Origin: an uncultured delta proteobacterium
GTDB lineage: Bacteria; Desulfobacterota; Binatia; JACPRU01
Assembly: GCA_963745025.1 (NCBI GenBank)
Contig: CAVUWD010000014.1
Coordinates: forward strand, 192,001-256,000
Direction: 5' to 3'
DNA length: 64,000 bases
Every line of letters starts with the position of its first letter. Positions within the stretch are counted from its first letter, which is position 1. Below are positions 50,122 to 60,368 of the stretch, piece after piece. The translations under genes were made by a program, and so were the position numbers. Under the pieces are notes generated by a model, which ran no database searches, was not told the DNA's origin, and saw only the letters and a list, made by a program, of their open reading frames with translations.

Positions 50122-51111
50122 GTGGTCTTCCCGTTCGAGGAAGAGCCTACGGTGTTTGCGCTCGCCTACTCCTTCGCCGCTCAGGCCGCGGCGCAGTCCG
50201 TGATCGAGGATGTGCGGTGGGGCGCGGGGATCAACCACGGTGCGATCGTCGACCGGCTACGGGAAGGAGGCTTCGAGAGAGCGACGATCGGGATCTGCGA
50301 CAGCCTTCCTCACGATATGTGGCTCTACCTCCGTGAAGCGCTTCCCGAGGCGAAGCTCATCGAAGCACGGGATCTAATGTTCGAGGTGCGCCTTTGCCCG
50401 AGCGAAGAGGAGCTCGAGTGGTATCGGAAGGGGGCGAGGTTCTGCGACCTCGCGTTCGAGGCCGCCGTCGACGCGGCCCGCCCCGGGATGAAGGAGTACG
50501 AGCTCGTCGGGGTGATCCACGGCACCTACCTCCGCCTCGGAGGATCACTCTACGGAGCCGCGATCGGCGTGAGCCCCATGGACAACCCGTCGGTGCCTTA
50601 CTCGTGGTGGATCGCTGGCGGCTCTACCCGCGAGCTCCAGAGAGGAGACCTGATCCTCACCGAGATCACGGGAACGTACTACGGCTACCCCGGCCAGCTC
50701 ATCCGGCCGATCGCGCTTGGCGAGCCGCCAGCGGAGCTACGAAAGATGGCCGACCTCGCCATCCAGCTCTACCTCGACGTGCAGAAGGTCGTGAAGGTCG
50801 GCAACACCCCGAGAGACGTTTATAGCTGCTCGCAGCGGATTCTGGATGAGGGCTACACGATTCAATGCCCGGTGATCCATGGCTATTCGCAGGTCCTCCA
50901 GCCGCCCTTCGCGTCGGTTCCAAACGATCCCTGCTGGTCGGTGATGCTCGACGGGCGTTTCCGAGAGAACCAACTGATCGTGATCGAGCCGAACCCGGTG
51001 ACACCCGACCTGCAGAGAGGTTTCTTCATCGGTGACATGAACGTGGTGACAAAGGACGGTGCGGTGTCGCTCCACGACGTGCCGCTCGAGCTTGCTGTGA
51101 AGGACGTCTAG
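50122..51111 (+). CDS. M24-family metallopeptidase-like protein, 5' truncated
   Basis: SEEEL, RPGMKEYE, GDLILTEI, HG, VIEPNP; no genuine N-terminus. Confidence 0.7.
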   Translation: MVFPFEEEPTVFALAYSFAAQAAAQSVIEDVRWGAGINHGAIVDRLREGGFERATIGICDSLPHDMWLYLREALPEAKLIEARDLMFEVRLCPSEEELEWYRKGARFCDLAFEAAVDAARPGMKEYELVGVIHGTYLRLGGSLYGAAIGVSPMDNPSVPYSWWIAGGSTRELQRGDLILTEITGTYYGYPGQLIRPIALGEPPAELRKMADLAIQLYLDVQKVVKVGNTPRDVYSCSQRILDEGYTIQCPVIHGYSQVLQPPFASVPNDPCWSVMLDGRFRENQLIVIEPNPVTPDLQRGFFIGDMNVVTKDGAVSLHDVPLELAVKDV

Positions 51112-51205
51112 GGGCTGACGCTTTTTCTTTCCGTGCTCAGCGAGTCGCGTCACGGTCCGGGGTTTGTCTGATTCGACCAGTTCCTCGAATTTTCCCTTCG
51201 GCACG

Positions 51206-51470
51206 TTAGCGACATTGATCGCCTGTTCTCCTGGTCCTTCGATAGGCCTGCGTCGCGGGCCGCAGAGCGTTGCGTGGAAATAGGGTGGGCGCCCACCCCA
51301 TTTGTTCCGGGCTTACCGACGCCCTTGTTGAAGCCCTTGAGGAGCTCGGCGCAGCGCCTGATCGCGCGCGCCTGGATGCGCACGGCCATCTTGAGCAGGG
51401 CTTCGTCCTGAGACTGGCGTGCGTAGCTCGCCAGGGCTGCAGTCTTGTCCGCCCTCCTCGAGCCATCCAA
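51206..51470 (-). pseudogene. phage-like protein fragment
   Basis: DKTAALASYARQSQDE..RIQARAIRRCAELL resembles phage proteins; degenerate. Confidence 0.4.
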
Positions 51471-51760
51471 CTCTACGAATTCCGATCCGTCGGGCGTCTT
51501 TCCGAAGGCACGCCTCGATCCCCTCGGCTTCTTCATGGAATGCGCGCGACGCCATGGCGACATGACCTCCATGCGATTCGGCAGGCGCCAGGTTCCTCTC
51601 TGCCGCTCCCTTTGACGGGTGCCGGATCGGTGTTATCAGGACGCGAGTCACGGCCATTCTGCGGCCGCTTCTAGCCTGCCAACTAAATTGGCGACTTTCA
51701 TCCACCCCAACCGCGCTAGACTCCGCAGTACTCATCTTAAACACCAGAAAGGACCACTCT

Positions 51761-52102
51761 ATGGGCAGCCTCGGCGATGTCGGCTCCACCAAGTTATTCG
51801 AGAACGACAAGGTCATCCTATGGGAATTCGTACTCGAACCTGGCGAGAGAACCCCGCTCCACACCCATAAGCATGACTATGTGTGGTACGTGCTGGAAGG
51901 CACGACGCTCGAGGTCTTCGATAAGGACGACAAGTACCTCTATTCGTTCGAAGCGCCGGCGGGCGCGATATTCCCGCTGCGCCTGGAAGGCGACGAGCTC
52001 GTGACCACCGATGGTAAAGGGCTCCGCGCCCCGGCGACCCACAGCGCCCGCAACCGCGGCCCCACGCGTTATCGCGAAATCCTCGTAGAGACCAAGAATT
52101 AA
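51761..52102 (+). CDS. cupin protein
   Basis: LFENDKVILWE, LEPGE..HTHKHDY, HSARN. Confidence 0.85.
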   Translation: MGSLGDVGSTKLFENDKVILWEFVLEPGERTPLHTHKHDYVWYVLEGTTLEVFDKDDKYLYSFEAPAGAIFPLRLEGDELVTTDGKGLRAPATHSARNRGPTRYREILVETKN

Positions 52103-52187
52103 GGAGGTCCTCGGCCATCGGCCCGAGATGCTCGAATAGCGCCCGAAGTTGATGAGGCGACCCGCGTTTCGCGCCGCCCTGTCCGCG

Positions 52188-52580
52188 CTATCCGGTCCAG
52201 TCCGCCAGTTGAAAATCCTCGGGTACCCGCATGAAGAGCAGCTTCGCGGGGCCCTCGAGCACGCGGGTCTGGTGGCCCCTGCCGCGCGGATCGTCGGCCA
52301 TGAACATTCCACCCGCGCTCCAGCGCCGCTTCTCGCCGCTGGTGACCTCGACTTCGAGGACCCCGCTCAGCACGAAAACGATCTGCCGGTTGGGAACAAC
52401 GTGCCAGTCCTGATCGAGACCGTGCGGCATCTCGGCGATCACCACGCTCGGCGGGCTCAAGGGCTTCGTGAGACGGTAAGTGTTTCCAAACTCGTCCGTG
52501 TAAGGCTGCGGAAAGGGGATCTCGACTTCCTCGAAGCGAGAGCCGCCCTCGGGCGTGTTGAAGAAGCGAACGATCTTCAT
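52188..52580 (-). CDS. cupin-like protein
   Basis: GGSRFEE, WHVVPNRQ, SG..E, DD..GRGH. Confidence 0.8.
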   Translation of the reverse strand: MKIVRFFNTPEGGSRFEEVEIPFPQPYTDEFGNTYRLTKPLSPPSVVIAEMPHGLDQDWHVVPNRQIVFVLSGVLEVEVTSGEKRRWSAGGMFMADDPRGRGHQTRVLEGPAKLLFMRVPEDFQLADWTG

Positions 52581-52864
52581 TGGGCACTCCTCCTGCTTCG
52601 CGTGATTCGGCAGCGGAGGATAGCCGCTTAGCCGCTTAGTGAAATGTGAATACCAACATGTTGTAAGTGGCAACGCCGTTCAATCTTCATGCGGCTAAGG
52701 CTAGCTAGCGAAGCGCGGCCTCAGACCAGGAAGCATGCGCCACGGCGCTCCTCGCGCATATGGCTATCGCATAACGGCACATACAGTCCGAACCATCAGC
52801 GATATGCCATAGGCCACGAGTGCGGCTGCAATGGCATCCGAGCTTCGTCCGTGACGCCTGCCCG

Positions 52865-53794
52865 TCAGCCCTCGCCCGGATCGCCCCGGCTGGCCGCGAC
52901 ACTGACACCGAGAGGGCCGCGGGGTACCTGGATCTCGAACCGCCGGCCTTGGCGGAGGATCTCCATCCGCACGTTCTCCCCGGCGGTGCCGGCGCGGGTG
53001 GCGGTGACGAGCTCGCTGGGAGCGAAGATGCGGGTCTCGCCGTAGCTCAGAACCACATCCCCGGCCTGTAGGCCTTCCGCCGCCGCCGGTGATTCGAGCA
53101 GCACCTCGTTGATGGCGACGCGGTTCGGCTGGTCAAGGGCGGCGAGATAGCGGTCGTACCTCTGGTCCCCGATCTCGTCTCGGATCGACGTGCGTTGCCC
53201 CTCGATCTCCGCCATCTTCGCGGCGAAGCCGGGCGTGTCCAGCCATCCCTCCCGCTCTGCCTGATTGCGCAGGTAGATCTCGGACAGGCCGAGTCCGTCC
53301 TGCCGCCGCCTGATCTCGGTCGCGGTCGTCGTGTCGATACCGGCGGCGACCAGCGCGCGCTCCATTGCCGTGCTGGCATCGTAGACGGGCGCCGGGTCGG
53401 CTGCGCTGCCGGGTGCGGCCCGTGTCGCCGGCGCGGCCGCTACGGGCTCGGGCCTTGAGGGCACCGCGCGCGGAGTCTCGTGGCCGCTGCCGCGCAGCGC
53501 GGCAAGCTCGGTCGCGAGCACATCGATCCGTTCCTCGAGGCGGCGCCGCCCATCCGCTTCCGCTGCCAGGTTCGCCGCTAGCAGCTTGAGCCGCCGTTCC
53601 AGCCCGATGGCGTGCCGATCGCCTCCGCCCTCGGTCTCACGGGCACCTGGGCTCTGCGCAGATGCGGACACCGAGCCTCCGAGGCGCCCCTCCGCGGGCT
53701 CGATTCGGCCTCCTTCACCCCGCCAACCGAGCCAGACACCTGCCGCCAGGCCGAGAGCGACAAGCAGAGCACCGTACACAGCTGTCCTGTTCAT
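52865..53794 (-). CDS. membrane-anchored PDZ-domain protein
   Basis: N-terminal TM, coiled coil, SPAAAEGLQAGDVV. Confidence 0.78.
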   Translation of the reverse strand: MNRTAVYGALLVALGLAAGVWLGWRGEGGRIEPAEGRLGGSVSASAQSPGARETEGGGDRHAIGLERRLKLLAANLAAEADGRRRLEERIDVLATELAALRGSGHETPRAVPSRPEPVAAAPATRAAPGSAADPAPVYDASTAMERALVAAGIDTTTATEIRRRQDGLGLSEIYLRNQAEREGWLDTPGFAAKMAEIEGQRTSIRDEIGDQRYDRYLAALDQPNRVAINEVLLESPAAAEGLQAGDVVLSYGETRIFAPSELVTATRAGTAGENVRMEILRQGRRFEIQVPRGPLGVSVAASRGDPGEG

Positions 53795-53859
53795 TCACAC
53801 GATCCTTCGAGCGCGCTGATTGTGGCGGTGTCGTGCAGGCGACGCAACAGGCTGTCTCG

Positions 53860-54065
53860 TCCGCGCGACCTTCGACGGCGAGGTCTGCCATCTGATCGTC
53901 CATCCGAGCGGGCGCTACAACCGCCACCGGCCGTATCCGATTCCCAAGGGCCTCGTCGAGCCCGGCGAGCTGCCCGAGAAGGCGGCGCTGCGCGAGACCC
54001 GCGAGGAGGCGGGCCTCGACTGCCGGATCCTCGCGCCGCTCGGCGAGATCGACTACGTGAAGCAT
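53860..54065 (+). pseudogene. NUDIX hydrolase fragment
   Basis: PKGLVEPGE..AALRETREEAGL Nudix box, truncated. Confidence 0.65.
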
Positions 54066-54187
54066 CCGACATTCCGCGTTTCGTCGTCAAACACCCCGCT
54101 CACGACAGCCCGCTCAGGACCCATAGCACCGTATCGAGACGCTCGGTTTCCAGACCCGGTTGAGGTAATATCCATACTTGAGATAAT

Positions 54188-54574
54188 GTGCATTTTGTGC
54201 GACTGCGTCCTCTCCCGCCGAACGCGACGCTGTCGCAGATCGGCGCTCGCGTTCGCGAGATCGTTCGGCGAGCGGAGAGCCTCAGCCTCTATTCGGCACA
54301 TGCATTACAAGCCATGCGGGACGATCACGTCAGCGTTCGGGATCTCGAGACGGTTCTCGGTGGTTGCGCGATCGTCGAGCGGGAGGAAGAGAGCAAGTTC
54401 AAGGCGCAAGGCAGGACGATCGACGGCGCGGTGGTCTTCGTGATCGTAAAGCTCGTCGAACTCGACACCGGCCTCTACGTCATCACCGTGTACCGAGCCG
54501 ACAAGCGGCCGGAGGCAACCAAGGCTGCGACGGGCACCGTCGTCGTCATGAAAAAGAAGAGGAGAACTCCATGA
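54188..54574 (+). CDS. DUF4258-like (RelE-fold) putative toxin
   Basis: SAHALQAM..D.ETVL, VITVY; stop overlaps the antitoxin start. Confidence 0.68.
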   Translation: MHFVRLRPLPPNATLSQIGARVREIVRRAESLSLYSAHALQAMRDDHVSVRDLETVLGGCAIVEREEESKFKAQGRTIDGAVVFVIVKLVELDTGLYVITVYRADKRPEATKAATGTVVVMKKKRRTP

Positions 54575-55122
54575 CGAAGTGCCCCGAATGCGGGAAGAAG
54601 ATCGAAAAGAGGACGATCCGCGAGTTTCGCGACGACGTACTCCTCGGGCTGTCGGGCGTCGTTCTGGTGGACTCCGTGGTCCGCTATCGCTGCCCGGCCT
54701 GCGGGTTCGAGGCAACTTCGATCCCGCGCCAGGGCGAGCTCGGCACGGCGATGGCAGTCGCGCGCGTGAAACACCCGCAGAAGCTGGCGGGACGAGACGT
54801 CCGGTTCCTACGCAAGGAGATGGGCCTCACGGCCAAGGCACTCGCGGCGAAGATCGGCGTCCACGTGGAGACCGTCTCTCGCTGGGAGAATGATCGGGAA
54901 CCGATCGGCCCGTCGAGTGAGAAGCTCTTGCGGCTCATGGTTCTTATCGAACTCGGCGACAAAGCCCTCGGCGTCGACTACGACGAGCGGGCTGTCGCAG
55001 CGATGCGCGTCGAGGCGGTGCGCCGAGGCAGAGGCTTCGAGGCGCGCTTGCAGCTCGCGCCCATGCGCGTCGAACGCAAGCGGCAGCCGGTCTGGAGCGA
55101 ACTTCTTCCGCAGGCGGCATGA
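54571..55122 (+). CDS. MqsA-like antitoxin (Zn-ribbon plus Xre HTH)
   Basis: CPEC..CPAC; RFLRKEMGLT..LA..IGV..TVSRWEN. Confidence 0.82.
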   Translation: MTKCPECGKKIEKRTIREFRDDVLLGLSGVVLVDSVVRYRCPACGFEATSIPRQGELGTAMAVARVKHPQKLAGRDVRFLRKEMGLTAKALAAKIGVHVETVSRWENDREPIGPSSEKLLRLMVLIELGDKALGVDYDERAVAAMRVEAVRRGRGFEARLQLAPMRVERKRQPVWSELLPQAA

Positions 55123-55206
55123 CCGTGGCGCCCCCTAGACTTCAGATGCCCCTGAGCAAATCACCCACGGAATCAGCGCATCAACCGCGTCACCAAACGC
55201 TTGGCG

Positions 55207-55260
55207 CGAGATTGAACCACGTGGTTCAATCTCGGGCTCTATGTAGGCCGATGTAGGACG
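55207..55260. repeat. palindrome copy 3 (28-bp perfect) plus GTAGG-CG tandem tail
   Basis: cgagattgaaccacgtggttcaatctcg-ggctctatgtaggccgatgtaggacg; matches 42631-42680. Confidence 0.88.
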
Positions 55261-55482
55261 CATATGCCACGCGGTACGAGCGCACGGCTCCGAATGTAAC
55301 GGTGGCGGCCGTCACACGGGCAGGATCGGGCGTCCTCGTCGGATGTGGATACGTCCATCGGAGTCCTTGAATGTTCCCGACCCGATACCGGGACACCGAG
55401 CTTGTTCGATGAATCGCTTTGTGCTCAGGTGCCGCTGGACGTCGACAGCGCGACCGACGCGATCACCGCAGGGGGAGTCAGT

Positions 55483-56334
55483 ATGACAACCGCGCTCATC
55501 ACCGGATGCGCTTCGGGCTTCGGCGAGCGAGCTGCCCTGGCGCTGGCACGCAAGGGCCTGCGAGTCGCCGCAGGCGTTCGCGACTTTGGCCGCGCCCAGG
55601 GTCTGGTCGATGCCGCGGCCCGCGAGAAGCTGCCCGTGGAGTTGGTGAAGCTCGACGTGCGCAGCGACGAGTCGGTTGCGGCCGCCGTCGCCGACGTGCA
55701 TGCGCGCATGGGCCAGATCGACATCGCGATCAACAATGCAGGGCTGCATCTGATCGCACCCGCGGAACTGTGCTCGATTCGCGATTGCCAGGCCATTCTG
55801 GATACCAACGTGCTGGGCGCACTGCGCGTCATGCAGGCTGTCCTTCCGGAGATGCGGCGGCGCCGCGCCGGGCGCATCGTCATCGTCACCTCCGCCGGGT
55901 CGTTCGTGGCCGTCCCGCACATGGCGATGTACACGGCGAGCAAGCACGCGCTCGACGCTCTCTCGGCTGCCATGGCCAACGAGGTGAAGCCGTTCGGCAT
56001 CGTCATCACGACCGTCGCACCGGGAACGTTCCACACGGCCATGGCGCAGAAGGGCCTGCTGCCGCGCGAGACCTACGACTACAGCCCATATGCCGCCGCC
56101 CAGTGCCCCCAGCACATCAAGGACATCGAGGAGGGCCCAGACCCCGAGCCCGTAGCCAACGCCATCGTGCGTGCCGCGCTCGATCCCGATCCGCCCCTGC
56201 GCGTCCTGGTTGGCAACGGGTTGGACGCCTCGCTGGGTCCCGTGGTCGCCATGCACGACAGCTTCCAGTCGTGGTTCGCCCCACGCGAGGCGGGGGCGGC
56301 TCCTTCGTCCCCCTTGCTGAAGAGTGCGCCGTAG
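55483..56334 (+). CDS. SDR oxidoreductase
   Basis: TGCASGFG, NNAG, YTASK. Confidence 0.9.
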   Translation: MTTALITGCASGFGERAALALARKGLRVAAGVRDFGRAQGLVDAAAREKLPVELVKLDVRSDESVAAAVADVHARMGQIDIAINNAGLHLIAPAELCSIRDCQAILDTNVLGALRVMQAVLPEMRRRRAGRIVIVTSAGSFVAVPHMAMYTASKHALDALSAAMANEVKPFGIVITTVAPGTFHTAMAQKGLLPRETYDYSPYAAAQCPQHIKDIEEGPDPEPVANAIVRAALDPDPPLRVLVGNGLDASLGPVVAMHDSFQSWFAPREAGAAPSSPLLKSAP

Positions 56335-56377
56335 GCGGTCGCTCGCAACGTCGTGTAAGGTTCGCTTCCGCACCAAC

Positions 56378-57139
56378 ATGCTCCACACCTACGTACGTCA
56401 TGCCAACGAGGGAGAGTTCCAACTCGCTACGCCAGGGACCTTTGTTCGCGACCTCGGCGTCGGCGACATCACCGACGGTGAGCTCACCGCTCAGGTGGTG
56501 CGCATCGAGCCGGAAGGCGCGTACATCGAAGAGCTGCACCGGCACGACGAAGGGTTCTCGCTGGCCTACGTACTCAAAGGCTGGCTTGACGTGGAATTCG
56601 AGGAGATCGGGGTGCAGCATCTCGGTCCGGGCACCGTCATCCCCGCCTACAACGGACCCAGACACCACGAGCTCGCCTGCGGCGACGGATTCGAGCTCCT
56701 GCTTCTGGTGACGCGGAAGTCGATGAGCGGAGACGACCGGCAGCGGATCATCGTGCAACAGGAACGCGACGCGCCGTACAAAGCAGGGCTCAGGGACAAC
56801 TTCCTGTGTCGCGACTTCGGACTCATGCCGTTGACCGGTGGACGCATGGTGGCGCACTCGATCAAGGCGCTGCCTGGTCAGGATCCACACCGGCGGTGGC
56901 ACGCGGGCACCTCCGACTTCCGGTTTGTCTACGTGGCCAACGGCTGGGCGGAGTTCGAGTACGAGGACATCGGCGCCGTTCGGCTGGAGAAAGACTCGAT
57001 GGTCTATCACCCGCCGATGATCCCTTACGTCGAGGTGGCGTGCAGCGACGACGTGGTGATCGTGGAAGTGGTCACACCCCCCGAATTCGAACCCGCGCCG
57101 GCGAGACTCCGGGCTCCGTCGGCGAGCCGAACCGGTTAG
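56378..57139 (+). CDS. bicupin protein
   Basis: two repeats of RDLG..T.G..A..H.H..YV..GW..E.E. Confidence 0.75.
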   Translation: MLHTYVRHANEGEFQLATPGTFVRDLGVGDITDGELTAQVVRIEPEGAYIEELHRHDEGFSLAYVLKGWLDVEFEEIGVQHLGPGTVIPAYNGPRHHELACGDGFELLLLVTRKSMSGDDRQRIIVQQERDAPYKAGLRDNFLCRDFGLMPLTGGRMVAHSIKALPGQDPHRRWHAGTSDFRFVYVANGWAEFEYEDIGAVRLEKDSMVYHPPMIPYVEVACSDDVVIVEVVTPPEFEPAPARLRAPSASRTG

Positions 57140-57315
57140 CGCGGCACATTTCCTCCGGCAGGCCGCACGGCCGCGCGAGAATGGGGCAAGTACAAGATCA
57201 ACGTCATCTGGGGTGACCCCGTCAAGGATGCTGGAGGGCTCGCCGTCTTTCTCGCGTCGAGCGATGCCGACGACTACTTGACGGGCATGACCTTTCAGCT
57301 CGACGGCGGCGGCAG

Positions 57316-57342
57316 ATGCATGCATGCATGCATGCATGCATG
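57316..57342. repeat. (ATGC)6.75 microsatellite
   Basis: atgcatgcatgcatgcatgcatgcatg. Confidence 0.9.
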
Positions 57343-57393
57343 AGATGCGTAGACGGACGACTCCTGTATATCTGGAGCTCCTAGGATAAGAAC

Positions 57394-57813
57394 ATGAAAA
57401 AGTCGGGCGCGAGCCAAGGCCAATCGGCATCGGAGCTCATCTCGAAAAGAATCGCCGAACTCGGAGACTGGCGCGGGGAAACCCTCAGTAGAATGCGCAA
57501 ACTCATCAAGGAAGCAGACCCGGACGCCGTCGAGGAGTGGAAGTGGATGGGCACTCCGATTTGGTCGCACGACGGCATCATCTGCACTGGCGAATCCTAC
57601 AAGAATGTCGTGAAGCTTACCTTCGCCAAGGGCGCGTCTCTGAAGGATCCGGCCCGTCTCTTCAACTCGAGTCTCGACGGAAACGTACGCCGCGCGATCG
57701 ACATCCACGAAGGAGAAGAAGTTGACGAGTCCGCCTTCAAGGCGCTCGTTCGCCAAGCGGTCGCCCTCAACAGTTCTGGCAAGTCCAAACCTTCGAAGAA
57801 GGCGAAGTCCTAA
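57394..57813 (+). CDS. DUF1801 (YdeI-like) protein
   Basis: [28 protein letters not shown]. Confidence 0.88.
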   Translation: MKKSGASQGQSASELISKRIAELGDWRGETLSRMRKLIKEADPDAVEEWKWMGTPIWSHDGIICTGESYKNVVKLTFAKGASLKDPARLFNSSLDGNVRRAIDIHEGEEVDESAFKALVRQAVALNSSGKSKPSKKAKS

Positions 57814-57986
57814 GGGATTCCACCCTTGTGTCGCTTCTCGACGCCGTCTCTCCCGAACCGGACGAGATTCGGCGAAGACTCGATACCTACTTCGGAGCCT
57901 CCCTTGGGTTGGACCTTCAGACGCTCGTCTGGAAGCTCGTGGACGCGATCAAGCGACTCCAAAGCCTGAAGAAGGAGCGCATCCCG

Positions 57987-58505
57987 ATGGATCTGAACCT
58001 CAAGGACAAGATCGCCGTCGTAACCGGGGCCAGCAAGGGCATTGGCTTGGCGGTCGTCAAAGCACTCGCCCGCGAGGGCGCCCGTGTTGTTGCCGGTAGC
58101 CGGACCACGTCAGCCAAACTCGCTGCCGTGCGCGATGCCCACGGGGTCACCGTCGTCGGCGTTGACTTAGGCACCGCCGACGGCCCGGTCTCGCTTGTCC
58201 GCGCCGCCGTAGACTGTCACGGCAAGATAGACGTGCTGGTCAATAATCTCGGGGCAACCAGTCCTCGGACCGGATTCTTGGAGGTCAATGACGGCGAGTG
58301 GCAGCGGGTCTTCGATCTCACCTTCTTCAGCGCGGTCCGCGCGAGCCGGACGGCGCTGCCGTACCTTCTCGCTGCCGGAGGCGGCGCGATCGTCAACATC
58401 AGCTCGATCAACGCTCGGCTGCCCTTCCCCATGGTGGTGGACTACTCCGCGGCCAAGGCTGCGCTGACCAACCTCACCAAAGCGCTATCGGAGGAATTTG
58501 CGGTG
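57987..58505 (+). pseudogene. SDR, C-terminally truncated
   Basis: TGASKGIG, VNN, YSAAK; homology lost after LSEEF. Confidence 0.72.
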
Positions 58506-58716
58506 CGAAAAGACGGGCGTTTCGTGAGCCCCTCCCGCCGCACTTTCACAAGACTCGTCATGCTTCAGGGGTACCACTACGATTGTTTGACGGCCCCTTC
58601 GAAGCGGCGAGTTCCCCCGCCGGCCCACCACGGGCGTCATGCTACCCGTCGTTCGGGGTTAGATAGCTGAGGCGTCTTTCGTTGGCGCACACGCTTTCGG
58701 GTGTCATACTCGCCCT

Positions 58717-58929
58717 GTGGGCAATCAGGGATTCGCCGTAGAGCTGGAACGCGAAGAGGATGGTCGCTGGATCGCCGAGGTACCGAGCCTTCCTGGCGTG
58801 ATGGTCTACGCCAAGACGCGGGACGAGGCGATGGCGAGGGTCGAAGCGCTAGCGCTGCGCGTGCTCGCCGATCGACTGGAGCACGGTGAGGCGGTTCCCG
58901 AGGTGACCCGTTTGTTCTTCGCCGCGTGA
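58717..58929 (+). CDS. hicB: HicB-like antitoxin (UPF0150)
   Basis: EREEDGRWIAEVPSLPGV..TRDEA. Confidence 0.85.
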   Translation: MGNQGFAVELEREEDGRWIAEVPSLPGVMVYAKTRDEAMARVEALALRVLADRLEHGEAVPEVTRLFFAA

Positions 58930-59150
58930 GCGCCTGGCCTGCGTCGAAGGCGAAGCGGGTTCTCGCGGCGCTACTCAAGATAGGCTGGGCGATCAAGCGC
59001 ACCACAGGATCGCATCGGGTCCTGACACGTGCGGGCTGGCCCGACTATGTTTTCGCCTTCCACGACCAGGACGAGATCGGTCCGCGGATGCTCGCACGGA
59101 TCGGCAGGGCGACGGGGCTCGCGCCGAGATCCTCGTCCGTGTCGACGTAG
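58926..59150 (+). CDS. hicA: HicA-family toxin
   Basis: GW..R.TGSHRVL, FAFHD.DEIGPRML.RI. Confidence 0.87.
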   Translation: MSAWPASKAKRVLAALLKIGWAIKRTTGSHRVLTRAGWPDYVFAFHDQDEIGPRMLARIGRATGLAPRSSSVST

Positions 59151-59382
59151 GCTGAGCACGCCTCGCTCGCCGGTGACGTCGTCAAGCCGGTGCTGCTGCC
59201 GCAGGCCTGATCGGGAACGAACGCGGAATGGTCTGCGCAACCACCCGGCTGTCGCGCGCCTAGCGTTTGCTCGACTTTTCTTTACTCGACGCAATGGGCC
59301 GGATCCTCACGCGGCGGCCGTACGCCAAGCGTCGAGGTCACGTACTCCATGGATCGACGAAGATCCCGTCATCCATGCCTGC

Positions 59383-60240
59383 TCAAGCGAGTCTTTCCGC
59401 AACCCCGCGGTCGAGCATTCCGTCGAGGATCGGCCAGTTCAACTGGGTAGCCGCGGCGTCGGCGACGATGACCGCGCCGTTGATCATGCGGGCCGCCGGC
59501 GAGCAGAGAAACAACACGATGGCCGCCATGTCCTCGGGATCGGCGTAGCGCCAGCGGCTCGGCTGATCTCTCACTGCCTCGACCGTGGTCCCATAGTTCG
59601 CCATTGCCGCGGGGCTCAGCGTCAACCCCGGCGCGACGGCGTTGATCGTCACGTTCTTGGCCTCGAGGTAAGGGGCCAGGCTTCGCGTCAGGCTGACAAC
59701 GCCTGCGCGCGCGGCGCCCGAATGTGCGAACATCGGCGCTCCTCGCTCGAACACGTAAATGTGCACGATGTTGACGATCGATCCACGGCCCCGCTCCATG
59801 AGGTGAGGCATGAAGCGGTTGCACATGTTCCAGGTGCCGTTGAGGTTGAGGTCGACGACCGCCCGCCAGCCGTTGTCGCTGATGGCGAACGGACTCGCCG
59901 TGAATTGGCCGCCCGCGTTGTTGATGACGAAGTCGACGGAGCCAAATCGGTCGAGCGTCGCGTCGCGCAGTCGCTCGACGGATGCCACGTCCCGGATGTT
60001 GACCTCCACGTGGAGGCAAGGGGCGCCGGTGGATTCGACTTCGCGGGCGACCTCTGCCAGCTCGGCCGGCTCGTTGCTGGCGATGACAACGTTCGCCCCA
60101 AGGCGAGCGAAGCCGAGAGCGGTTGCCCTGCCGATGCCGCGGCCGCCGCCGGTGATGAGCCCGGTCGTTCCCGAGAAGAGCCCCGGGGCGAACACGAGAA
60201 GCGGATTGGGTCTCTGCGTTTCCATTGGCATGTCCCCCAT
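59383..60240 (-). CDS. SDR, 2,4-dienoyl-CoA-reductase-like
   Basis: TGGGRGIG, NNAGGQF, HSGAARAGV. Confidence 0.88.
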   Translation of the reverse strand: MGDMPMETQRPNPLLVFAPGLFSGTTGLITGGGRGIGRATALGFARLGANVVIASNEPAELAEVAREVESTGAPCLHVEVNIRDVASVERLRDATLDRFGSVDFVINNAGGQFTASPFAISDNGWRAVVDLNLNGTWNMCNRFMPHLMERGRGSIVNIVHIYVFERGAPMFAHSGAARAGVVSLTRSLAPYLEAKNVTINAVAPGLTLSPAAMANYGTTVEAVRDQPSRWRYADPEDMAAIVLFLCSPAARMINGAVIVADAAATQLNWPILDGMLDRGVAERLA

Positions 60241-60368
60241 GAGAACGTGCGCCTCTAATATCGTGTCACTATGATTCGCTTGCCTTATGTGCCCCCGTTT
60301 CTCAGACCGGGGGTCGCTGACCTCGCCACGGCCGCGCTTCCTCGCGGATAGCCGGCGGATACCGGCGA

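Noticed and set aside
39559-55234. CRISPR array or integron attC interpretation of the palindromes
   Set aside because: Copies are kilobases apart, there are no cas or intI genes, and attC RYYYAAC/GTTRRRY ends and extrahelical bases are absent
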